Assembly (NCBI RefSeq): GCF_004765795.1
Contig: NZ_SBIV01000007.1
Location: 124,001-188,000, forward strand
Origin: Halorussus marinus
GTDB taxonomy: Archaea; Halobacteriota; Halobacteria; Halobacteriales; Haladaptataceae
Direction: 5' to 3'
Length of the DNA: 64,000 nucleotides
The notes beneath the pieces were generated by a model. It was not told the origin of the DNA, did not search any database, and saw only the letters and a list, made by a program, of their open reading frames with translations. Positions 39,431 through 48,794 of the stretch are shown one piece after another (position 1 is the stretch's first letter; every line of letters begins with the position of its first letter). Both the position numbers and the translations under genes were made by a program.

Positions 39431-39856
39431 ATGGTCAACGAAGACGTGTTCGTTGACAAACTCCGCCATATCAACCAATACATTGAGGACCTCAAACAGA
39501 TGCGAGGTCTCTCGAAAGCCGAGTACGTCGACGATATAGTGACCCAGCGAGCAGTCGAGCGGACGTTGATGAATCTTATTCAGGCGTGTATCGACCTCGC
39601 TCAGCACGTTCGGTCGACAGAGAATCTCTCCCCGAGCGGAACCGCCAAACAGGAGATACAGGCGCTTGGGGAAGCAGACATCATCTCGAACGAGACGCAG
39701 GCGAAACTCGAAGAAGCAGTCGGGTTTCGAAATATTCTCGCGCACAGATACGGCGACGTCGACCACGACGTTGTGTACGACGTGCTCCACGATGACTTGC
39801 AGTGGTTCACTCGCTTCCAACAGGAACTCGCTCAGTGGTTCCAACAACTCGATTGA
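39431..39856 (+). CDS. HEPN toxin (HepT/DUF86)
   Basis: AVERTL...GFRNILAHRY (Rx4HxY). Confidence 0.9.
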   Translation: MVNEDVFVDKLRHINQYIEDLKQMRGLSKAEYVDDIVTQRAVERTLMNLIQACIDLAQHVRSTENLSPSGTAKQEIQALGEADIISNETQAKLEEAVGFRNILAHRYGDVDHDVVYDVLHDDLQWFTRFQQELAQWFQQLD

Positions 39857-40032
39857 ATAACGACCCACCCAGATGCAGATAAGAAGCAGTTCTCGTCCAC
39901 AAAGAGAGTCGCTCCATACGTTTCAGAACGAGATAGATACGTCGCTTCAATGGACGAGTTAGAGCCGTTCGGTTAGTTTTTCTGCCCCCAAAGGGTGCGG
40001 GGCACTCCACTTCTCAGTGCCTCACGAACACA

Positions 40033-40479
40033 ATGACGACACCACTTGCAAGACTCAAGACGACGAGTAGCGTCCGGAAACGCGCCCAGTACGAAGCCCT
40101 CGAATTCGAACTCCAAAACGGTGATGTGCGTGTTCGGAACGGGAGCTACGCCGACCCAGAGAATCACGAGTACACCGTCCGAATCGAGGACGACCTGCCG
40201 ACAGCGTGTACGTGCCCGGCAGACGCGAAATACAGCGGGGAGTGCAAACACCGCGTCGCTGTTGCACTCCGCCGACCCATTCTCGACGCTGTCCGCCATC
40301 ACCAACTTCTCGCCGACGGTGGCGAGACTGTTCAACCCTCAAACCAAGTGCGTGACCACGAGGGGAACTCCGAAGAACAAGCGGAGGCCGACGAGCCAGA
40401 CTGCGACTGTGCGGACCTCTCTAGCGATTTCCCGTGCTGGGAGTGCTACCGGACTGGACGACGTGACCTCCCTGAATAG
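40033..40479 (+). CDS. SWIM zinc-finger protein
   Basis: CTCPAD...CKH; C-terminal CDC...PCWEC. Confidence 0.85.
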   Translation: MTTPLARLKTTSSVRKRAQYEALEFELQNGDVRVRNGSYADPENHEYTVRIEDDLPTACTCPADAKYSGECKHRVAVALRRPILDAVRHHQLLADGGETVQPSNQVRDHEGNSEEQAEADEPDCDCADLSSDFPCWECYRTGRRDLPE

Positions 40480-40713
40480 CACTCTGTACGTCAAGACGAC
40501 CCCTGTACGTTCTGCCACGCGGTATAGTTGCCTTTGTGATGAGAACAGCCGCTTGGAGAGCCATCTGGGGCAGTTCCCGCTGACCGAATCGGCCGGATTC
40601 ACGCATTACAGCCCCGATAAACCCGCCGTAGTCTCAACTTCCACGGCCTGACAGTAGTTGAGATCGGCCGTCTCAATGCATACGATTTGAGCCATAGATT
40701 GTCTATCCCGATA

Positions 40714-41724
40714 CTACGAAGATCCTCCTTCGATTGCCGTCACCCTGTAGCGGTCTCCTTGGAATGCGTACGTGCGAGTATCTTGAAGTCTGAATGGCGG
40801 TATCGAACGGCTGAACTCTTTTAGATGTACCTGACTGGCATCGTGTTTTTTGCTTAGAGCGATGGCGTCACGCAGTTGTTCATTGCGAACGACCTGCTCA
40901 ATGATTATCTGCTCTGCGTCAGTCGTGGAGTCGTCAATTCGTTCGAGAATGTATGTATCCCGTTGGTCAGTTTCCCCATCGGGTTCGCCGCACGTCGAAC
41001 GTGCGATGAGCGTATCGCCGTCCCATTCCGTCTCTGTGACTGCCTCCGTCGGCACTAACTGAAGCGGGTCGGCGTTCAACTCGAATCCTGACGCGAGCGC
41101 GATACTCTCCTTGTGGGAGCTGGTCGCGAACCATCCGTCAGTCCCGAACGCGTAGTGACCGCCGCCAAGGCCGGTAATCGTCAGTGATTCTGTTCCCTCT
41201 ACACGTTTGATATCGTCGCCGTCACTGACGCGACCGGTTTCTATCGTTACGGTCCAAGTGTGCTCGTCGCCAGACTCCAGCGGCGTTAGTGGTTCCGGCC
41301 AGAACTGGGGCGCGGTATAGTACCAGTCGCCGTCGACGCGTTTGTACAGTTGCCAGTGATAGAAATTGGTCTCGAACCGCTGTTCGCTCTGGTTTCTGAG
41401 TGTGAATTCGCTCGGCTGATCCGGTTGAACTGTTTGGACATCTGGAACGAGTACAATTGGCACCTCCTCGGGATCAACTGCCTCGTAACAGACGACCTGT
41501 TCGGTGCCATCGAACGGTGGGCACGCGTCTGAGGTGGTATCCTCGGGAAGGTCCGGAACCGATTGGTTCGTTCCAGAGGGCGTCGTTTCACCATCTCCTG
41601 TCGTCGTTGTGTCGGTTTCGTTCGTATCATTCGATTCTTTTGGCCCGGACGTACAACCAGCGAGGAGGGCACCACCACCTGCATAGAGGGCCGAGATAAC
41701 CTGTCTTCGGGAGGGCTGTTCCAT
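40714..41724 (-). CDS. Tat-exported lipoprotein, function unknown
   Basis: SRRQVI twin-arginine signal and LAGC lipobox. Confidence 0.8.
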   Translation of the reverse strand: MEQPSRRQVISALYAGGGALLAGCTSGPKESNDTNETDTTTTGDGETTPSGTNQSVPDLPEDTTSDACPPFDGTEQVVCYEAVDPEEVPIVLVPDVQTVQPDQPSEFTLRNQSEQRFETNFYHWQLYKRVDGDWYYTAPQFWPEPLTPLESGDEHTWTVTIETGRVSDGDDIKRVEGTESLTITGLGGGHYAFGTDGWFATSSHKESIALASGFELNADPLQLVPTEAVTETEWDGDTLIARSTCGEPDGETDQRDTYILERIDDSTTDAEQIIIEQVVRNEQLRDAIALSKKHDASQVHLKEFSRSIPPFRLQDTRTYAFQGDRYRVTAIEGGSS

Positions 41725-41822
41725 ATTTTTGCCCCCCAATGGTAGTGGTATATGTCTTCTGTTGATGCTCTGTACTCAACAGTTAGAGGGATTCTTGAGC
41801 ATGTCACGGCCAGTATCTGGTA

Positions 41823-43497
41823 GTGACTACGGATCGCGAGTCTCGCCGCGCTGTCTTCCAACAGATTGCTCAACAGTCGTATGTCGACTGGCCAGCGTAC
41901 GATTCTACGCCGCTGTTCGATCGCACCTCACTCCCGGCGCTAGAATCGGATGTGCGCGTCGTCGCAGAAGCGTGGTTCAAGCGGGACGAACACGAAGCAA
42001 TCGAATCATTCGTCCACTCGTTACCGCTTGCTACGTCCGGTTTGATGCCCACGACTACTACGCAGGTTCAACAAGCTACGAGATGGAGACGCTGTTTCGC
42101 CTGTTCCTGCTGAAAGAAATCTACGGTTGGGACCACGAAACCGCACTCGTCGAGTACCTCATCCAACACCCAAATCTCAGCGAACAGATGGGCTTGGAGT
42201 CGGTGCCGAACCAGTCAACACTGTGGCGCAGCTGGCACCAGCGTTTCACAGATTATCTCTGCGACACGGTCGAGACCGCAGCTCGAACGATTCTCATCAA
42301 AGCCCAGAACGCCGGGGTCGCAGTGCCGCGCGAGCCAGAACGACAGAGCCGCAACCACGGTGACAGGAGTAAGGGACCGGACCCTAGCGATCAGACCGTG
42401 CTAAAACAGGCGGAGACGGTCACTGAACACGTGGGCCACGTTGCTTTCCGGCGTTCTCACTGGACCGTGGCGAGGGCTGTGAGATCCACGAGAACGCCTA
42501 CTGGGCCCTCCAGACGTATCTGGGGCTCCGCGAGAATCTCGCCGTCAACGAGGGCGCTCGCAGTTTCATCCACGAGTCCAATAGGGAGCGGACACCGCTC
42601 GGCCACGCGCATCGCGAGCATATCCGTGATCTCTCAACCGAACAGATTCGAGAGATGTATCGACAGGTGGTGGGACGACTGCTGGACCGGGTGGCAGAGA
42701 CTGAAGAGTTCTTCCGAGCTGGTATCGTAGCCATCGATATTACCGAGTCCGACCCGTTCACCGGCGATCGAGTCGGCCACGAAGACGAGATTATTGGGAC
42801 GAAGGAGAAAACCGACGAGTATGCCTACCAGTGGGCGACAGTCCAACTGGTCGGGAATGCTGTTCCAATCGTGTTAGACGCGCGGCCAGTGCGCAAAGGA
42901 GATACGCGCAAGGAAATCGTCGAGGACCTCTTGGATTCGGCAGAGGCGGCTGTTCATGTCGATAACGTGCTGATGGACCGGGAGTTCGACAGTCAGCACG
43001 TCTTGGAGATGCTCAGCCAGCGTGGCCTGTCGTATGTCGTTCCCAAGCGGATGCAGACCAGCGAGAAAGCCCAGGCCAAACGATTGCTTCGACGTGATCA
43101 AGACCGCTACGAAACCGACCGGAAGCTCCACCTCGGCAAGAACGAATGGCACGAGACGACGCTGATCTACCGTCGGAAAGAAGATTCCGAGCACGACGAC
43201 CACCGGCAGTACTCGGTGTTCATGACGAATTGCGGGAGTGGGCACCTTACTGAGTACGGGTATCGATGGGAGATCGAGAGCGGCTACAGGTCGATAAAGC
43301 GGTTCATGGGGGCGACGACGTCGAAGAATTTCGGGTTGCGGTTCTTCTACTTCGCGTTCGCATGTCTGCTCTACTCGATTTGGCGAGCGGTCGATCTGCT
43401 TGTGCAGGTCGAACTGAACGGCGAGTACGAGCACGTGCCGGTCGTGACGGCCGATAACACACTGACGCTGCTGAAGAAGGAGACAGGTATCGGATAG
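41823..43497 (+). pseudogene. Long haloarchaeal IS4-superfamily DDE transposase with two frameshifts (near 42030 and 42448)
   Basis: Three consecutive reading frames; VAIDIT, LMDREFD, YGYRWEIESGYR. Confidence 0.8.
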
Positions 43498-43948
43498 TAG
43501 GGTCCTCGGTCTGGGTCAGCGCAGATTTCTGAGTGGCAACGCTATCGAGAGTCTCAGAAAACCACGATCTAGTCGATAGTTCGACAGGAAGACGCACACG
43601 AGAGGAGATTTGAAGCAGTTCCCGCTCCCTAATTCGTCAGAAACAACGCATCACAGCCGCGCTAAACCGCCTATAGTCTCAACTTCCCAACGACCGAGAT
43701 TTTGTATAGCGATATACGATATACAATATACTGAAGTGCGGAGTTCCGGCGCTAAGAGACTCTAGACCCCCGAATTCTCCCGATGGCTCGAAAACAACAA
43801 GTGGTCCTGATTATGCCCGTAATCACGACCACTTTGAAGTACCCCGCCGCCGTCGGTGAAGCACGAATGCTGCAACCGCCTCACGACGGCGCTTCCCCCG
43901 GGGTAGAGGCACCGAGACCGGGCCCGCAGGACGGTGGAGGGCCGGTGA

Positions 43949-45184
43949 ATGCCTGACCGAGCGCTTTCGACGCCGCTCGACGACAGCTACGAGCGCTACC
44001 TCCAAGACAAGGGGAAAGGCCGCGGCGGCGACGGTGGGAACTATCGACGTAACGCTGCACGCGAGCTCGAACGGTTCGCCGAGTGGGCCGCCGGCGACCG
44101 CGGCGCCGACGACTGGACCGGGATCGTCCCCGACGACGTCGACCGGGAGCCGACCTTCGACGATCTCGACGAACGCGTGTTCCGGGAGTATGCCCGGCAT
44201 CTCGGTGGAGATCGGGGACTCAAGCAGAACACGGTACAAACCTATTACCGCTATATCTCTGCGTGGTGTGGCTGGTGCGTCAACGAGGGATATCTTGAGG
44301 CCCACTACGCGCAGCGAGCGAGTGCGATGGCGCCGCTGCCGGAGGACGACGGTCGCAAGCCCGGCGACCAGCAGGCCTGGACGTCCGAACAGCGCCACGC
44401 CCTCACCCGTCACGTCGACGAACGGGCCCGCGACGCCGTCGAGGCGTACACGACACTCCCGGAGGATACTGATCCCCTCGACAAGCAGCGAGCACGCTAC
44501 GCGGCGTTGAAGGCGGCTCGTGACCGGGCGCTGGTGTTTGTCCTCGCGTACACCGCCGTCCGCGTTGGCGAACTCCTCCGCGATCCGAACGACCCGCGCC
44601 GGCGCGGCGTCCGCTGGGAGGACCTCTCCGTCGACGACGGGAGTATGGACGTCTACCGGAAGAAACAGCAATGGGATGCCGCGAGCCTTCCCGATCCGGT
44701 GATCTCGCCGTTGCGAAGCTATCGCCAGTTGATGGACCCACCAACGGAGCGCTGGCCGGTGTTTCCGACGTTCGACCAACGGACGCTCGCAGGGCTCGTC
44801 CGGGAAAACCTCGCCGAACGAGGGGAACGCCCAGAAGCAATCATTGAACGCCGTGCGGAGTACGCTCGCGACCTGCTGCTGGCGCTCGATGTGGACATTC
44901 GGCCGCCGTCGATCACGACGGACGGCGCACGGTCGATTCTCCAACGACTCTCGGAGGCCGCGGAGATCGACATCGACCATCCGAAACACGATTATCTTGC
45001 TCCGCACGGTGGCCGTCGTGGCATGGGCGAGGTTCTGGTCCGGGCATTCGGATATACTGTGGCGGCCCGATATCTCGATAATTCTGAGGAGATGGTTCGT
45101 GAGCGGTACTCGCATATCGAGGCTGGTGAGTTAGGTGATGTCGCTACTGAGGCCCTTGAGGAGATCGATAGTGTACCGCAGTAA
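43949..45184 (+). CDS. Tyrosine recombinase/integrase
   Basis: N-terminal SAM-like domain; RDRAL...AVRVGE, PHGGRR (HxxR), RERYSH (catalytic Y). Confidence 0.88.
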   Translation: MPDRALSTPLDDSYERYLQDKGKGRGGDGGNYRRNAARELERFAEWAAGDRGADDWTGIVPDDVDREPTFDDLDERVFREYARHLGGDRGLKQNTVQTYYRYISAWCGWCVNEGYLEAHYAQRASAMAPLPEDDGRKPGDQQAWTSEQRHALTRHVDERARDAVEAYTTLPEDTDPLDKQRARYAALKAARDRALVFVLAYTAVRVGELLRDPNDPRRRGVRWEDLSVDDGSMDVYRKKQQWDAASLPDPVISPLRSYRQLMDPPTERWPVFPTFDQRTLAGLVRENLAERGERPEAIIERRAEYARDLLLALDVDIRPPSITTDGARSILQRLSEAAEIDIDHPKHDYLAPHGGRRGMGEVLVRAFGYTVAARYLDNSEEMVRERYSHIEAGELGDVATEALEEIDSVPQ

Positions 45185-45217
45185 CTTATTTCGAGTGAGA
45201 GGGGTAGACCGTCGCGT

Positions 45218-45871
45218 TCACACCGCGTCGACGGTGAACAGCGAGTCGTCGCTGAGGACGACCTGTACCCGGCGGTGCCAGGCGTCAGCGAAAGCCTCTC
45301 GTTGCTGGTCAGTTGCCGATTCGTCGAGAATCCCTTGGAGGTTCCCGATTGCGGGTCCACCGTCAGGAACGTCGCTGACGTGGTAGGTCACTTCGACGGT
45401 CTCGTCCGTGTCGGTTCGCCGGAACCGGAACGTCGGGTCCGCCGTGTCCGGGTCGAACGCGTCGAAGCGCAGGAGGTCGCGGCGGCCGCCATAGCCGCCG
45501 GCGAGCCCGCTGAATCCGTCATCGCCGGTCGCGCCAGTCACGTACGAGATGATGCGGCTCATCACGCCGTACGCGGCATCGTCCTGCGGGCCGGCCGTCT
45601 GGACCTCGATTTCGCTCCGGACTGGATAGTCGTCGGGATACAGGGCGTCGAGCCCGAGCTGGACGATCCGATAGGCACCCGAGGCTGTCGGACAGGAGTG
45701 TCCGGCTTCTTTCACCGCGTCCCGGTAGGTGACGACGAACGGCTCGCCCGGTTTGAGGACGCCGAGGGCCTCCGCGACGGGGTCGCGGATTTCGATCGGG
45801 TCGGCGTCGTAGTCGACCTGCCAATTGGTTCTCGTCTGGGTCGTGTCAGTCGCAGTCGAATTCGATGTCAT
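45218..45871 (-). CDS. FmdE-like protein
   Basis: GHSCPTASGAY motif; downstream of the ATPase on the same strand. Confidence 0.6.
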   Translation of the reverse strand: MTSNSTATDTTQTRTNWQVDYDADPIEIRDPVAEALGVLKPGEPFVVTYRDAVKEAGHSCPTASGAYRIVQLGLDALYPDDYPVRSEIEVQTAGPQDDAAYGVMSRIISYVTGATGDDGFSGLAGGYGGRRDLLRFDAFDPDTADPTFRFRRTDTDETVEVTYHVSDVPDGGPAIGNLQGILDESATDQQREAFADAWHRRVQVVLSDDSLFTVDAV

Positions 45872-45899
45872 GAGTTGTGGTTGTGATCGTGTCTCGTGG

Positions 45900-47819
45900 T
45901 CAGTAGCGGAGCAGTCGCATCCCGTTGAGGATGACGAGGAGGACGCTGGCCTCGTGGACCAGCATTCCCGACGCGAGGGTGACGTAGCTGGTGAGCACGC
46001 CCGCGAGGAGGACGGTCACGGTCAGCACCGCGAGCCCGACGTTCTCGAGGACGTTCCAGCGCGTCGCCTTGCTGAGTTTGACCGCGTACGGGATGCGTTC
46101 GAGGTCGTCGGCCATCAACGCCATGTCAGCCGTTTCGATAGCGGTGTCCGTTCCCGCAGCACCCATCGCGATGCCGACATCGGCAGTGGCCAGCGATGGC
46201 GCGTCGTTGATGCCGTCGCCGACCATCGCGACGACGTGGCCGTCGGCCTGGTAGCCCTCGATGACGGACTGCTTGTCCTCGGGGAGGAGTTCGGCACGGT
46301 ACTCGTCGATACCGACCTCCTCGGCAACGGCAGCGGCCGTCCGCTCGTTGTCGCCGGTGAGCATCACCGTCTCGATGCCAGCGTCTTGGAGCGCCGCGAC
46401 GACCCCAGGAGCGGCCTCCCGGAGCTCGTCCCGCATCGCAATCGCGCCGATGATGTCCCCGTCCCGAACGACGTGGACGACTGTCTCGCCGCGCCCCTCA
46501 CGCTCGCGGACGTAGTCGGCGACCCGATCGGGGACATCGACGTCGCGGTCGTCCAGCAGCGCGCGGTTGCCGACGACGACTTCCTGGCCATCGGCATGGG
46601 CGATGACGCCCTTGCCGGCGACCACGTCGAAGTCGTCGGGATCGGGGACCGACCTGCGCCCCACGTCCGTATCGTCCGCTTGGGCGACCGTCGCTCCACC
46701 GTCCGTCGCAGCCGTCTGGCGTTCGCGGGCCATGTCGACGATGGCGTCCGCGAGGTGGTGTTCGCTCTTCTTCTCGGCGGTCGCTGCGAGCGAGAGGACG
46801 TCGGCGGCGGCGACGCCGAACCCCTCGATACCGGAGACGGTGGTCTCGCCCTTCGTGAGCGTCCCCGTCTTGTCGAAGGCGACGAGATCGATCTTGCCGG
46901 CGCGTTCGAGGTGTTCGCCGCCCTTCATCAGCACGCCCGACCGGGCGGCGTTACCGATGGCCGAGACGATGCTGACCGGTGGCCCGATGACCAGCGCGCC
47001 CGGACAGCCGATGACCAGCAGCGTCAGCGACAGGATCGCGTTCTGCGTGACCGCGTACGCGCCGATAGCCAGGGCAATGACGGCCGGCGTGTAGTACTTC
47101 GCGAACCGGTCGATGAGACTCTCCGTGGGCGACTGAGCCTCCTGGGCCTCCTCGACGCGACGGATGATCCGTTCGAGAGTCGTATCCGATCCCGCTCCCG
47201 TCGTCCGGATTTCTAGCGCGCCCTCCTGGTTGACCGTCCCGGCGTACACCTCGTCGCTGTCGGCCTTGTGGACGGGCGCGCTCTCGCCGGTGACCGGCGC
47301 CTGGTTGACTGCGCTCTCGCCGTCGACGACGGTTCCGTCGACCGGGATCTTCCCGCCCGGCTTTACGACGACGACTTCGCCCTCTTCGACATCGCGGGCG
47401 GAGACCTTTTGGAGTGTCCCGTCGCGACGGACGGTCGCCGTGTCGGGCGTCATCTCCAGTAGCTCCTGAAGTGCCGTCCGGGTCTTCCGCATCGTCCGGC
47501 CTTCGAGGTAGCTGCCAAGGCTGAACAGGAAGACGACGGCGGCGGCTTCCCAGTACTCCCCGATGACGATAGCACCGATGGCGGCCAGCGTCACCAGCGT
47601 CTTGATGCCGAGCGTCCGGTTGGTGACCTCGTGGTAAGCGGTCTTGGCGATGTCGTAGCCACCCACGACCGTCGCGAGGACGAGGATGGCGGCGCTTGCC
47701 ATCTCGAAACTCGTGAGGTAGCCGAGACTCCAGCCACCGCCGTACAGCAGGCCGCTTGTCGCCGTGACGATGGCCTTCCGGTGGTTCCGGTAGTACTGCG
47801 TGATCGATTGTTTGTTCAT
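45900..47819 (-). CDS. P1B-type heavy-metal-translocating ATPase
   Basis: TGES, CPG, DKTGT, GDGINDAP, C-terminal HEAS. Confidence 0.93.
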   Translation of the reverse strand: MNKQSITQYYRNHRKAIVTATSGLLYGGGWSLGYLTSFEMASAAILVLATVVGGYDIAKTAYHEVTNRTLGIKTLVTLAAIGAIVIGEYWEAAAVVFLFSLGSYLEGRTMRKTRTALQELLEMTPDTATVRRDGTLQKVSARDVEEGEVVVVKPGGKIPVDGTVVDGESAVNQAPVTGESAPVHKADSDEVYAGTVNQEGALEIRTTGAGSDTTLERIIRRVEEAQEAQSPTESLIDRFAKYYTPAVIALAIGAYAVTQNAILSLTLLVIGCPGALVIGPPVSIVSAIGNAARSGVLMKGGEHLERAGKIDLVAFDKTGTLTKGETTVSGIEGFGVAAADVLSLAATAEKKSEHHLADAIVDMARERQTAATDGGATVAQADDTDVGRRSVPDPDDFDVVAGKGVIAHADGQEVVVGNRALLDDRDVDVPDRVADYVREREGRGETVVHVVRDGDIIGAIAMRDELREAAPGVVAALQDAGIETVMLTGDNERTAAAVAEEVGIDEYRAELLPEDKQSVIEGYQADGHVVAMVGDGINDAPSLATADVGIAMGAAGTDTAIETADMALMADDLERIPYAVKLSKATRWNVLENVGLAVLTVTVLLAGVLTSYVTLASGMLVHEASVLLVILNGMRLLRY

Positions 47820-47823
47820 AGTG

Positions 47824-48039
47824 TTAGGCGGGCTGGGGAGTGTACCCCTGGTTTTCGATGGTCTCTGCGAAGGCGTCGGGGTCAGCGACGCTGTCGTCGT
47901 ACTCGATCTCGACGCGGCCGGTCGCGTAGTGGACTTCGACGTGCTGGACGCCGTCGACGTTCGACAGGGCGCGTTCGACGGTACTCGCGCAGGTCGGGCA
48001 GTCGAAGTCGAGGACGCGGAATTGGGTTGTGTCGCTCAT
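47824..48039 (-). CDS. HMA-domain metal chaperone
   Basis: FDCPTCASTVERAL. Confidence 0.88.
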   Translation of the reverse strand: MSDTTQFRVLDFDCPTCASTVERALSNVDGVQHVEVHYATGRVEIEYDDSVADPDAFAETIENQGYTPQPA

Positions 48040-48240
48040 TACAGTTTGAGATAGTGCCCGTACCTCAATAAGTATTTTTTATATGATATGTTTGAATTCG
48101 GATACGAGTCGTTGGAACAGTCAAACGGGTCGTCTAGGGCTTTCGCTATCGCGGGTCCATCCTGTACTGGATACCTCGACAGACACCTACCCGACTCCTG
48201 CCCCGCTACCTTTTCCCGCGTGCTCGCGCTCAGTCCTCGT

Positions 48241-48765
48241 ATGAGTGATTCCGATACCGACCACCGTCTCGACGACATCGCGGTGCGAGACACTCGGATT
48301 TCGGACGCCATCGACGAGCCGATGCGGGCGATGGTCCTCGACATTCTGTCCGAGGAAGCCCTAACTGCGACCGAGGTCCACGAACGCCTCGACGATCGCG
48401 GCATCGACCGGACGGAGAACACGGTCCGCCATCACATCAACGAGCTCCGGGATGCGGGCCTCGTCGACGTCGTTCGCTTCGAGGAGGGGCGTGGTGGGAC
48501 GACGAAGTACTACCACGCGAACACGATCGTCCTCTCGTACTCACTACCAGATTCGGCCGACGCCGCCGTCGAGGAGATGATCGACGCTGCCCAGCCCCAG
48601 ATCACGGACGCGCTCACTACGCTCACCGACGAGTACGACGACGCTATTGAGGAGATCGTCGAGGATATGCAGCCCTGCGAGCACTGCCAGACCCAGAAGT
48701 ACGAGACGTACGTTCTTCTGACCGTCCTGCGACGTGCGTTCGTTCGCGCCCACAGAAATTCCTGA
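48241..48765 (+). CDS. ArsR-like wHTH regulator with C-terminal CxxC
   Basis: TVRHHINELRDAGLV; CEHC; divergent from the HMA/ATPase operon. Confidence 0.8.
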   Translation: MSDSDTDHRLDDIAVRDTRISDAIDEPMRAMVLDILSEEALTATEVHERLDDRGIDRTENTVRHHINELRDAGLVDVVRFEEGRGGTTKYYHANTIVLSYSLPDSADAAVEEMIDAAQPQITDALTTLTDEYDDAIEEIVEDMQPCEHCQTQKYETYVLLTVLRRAFVRAHRNS

Positions 48766-48794
48766 GGGGGAACCACCCCTACGCTGGCAGGGTC

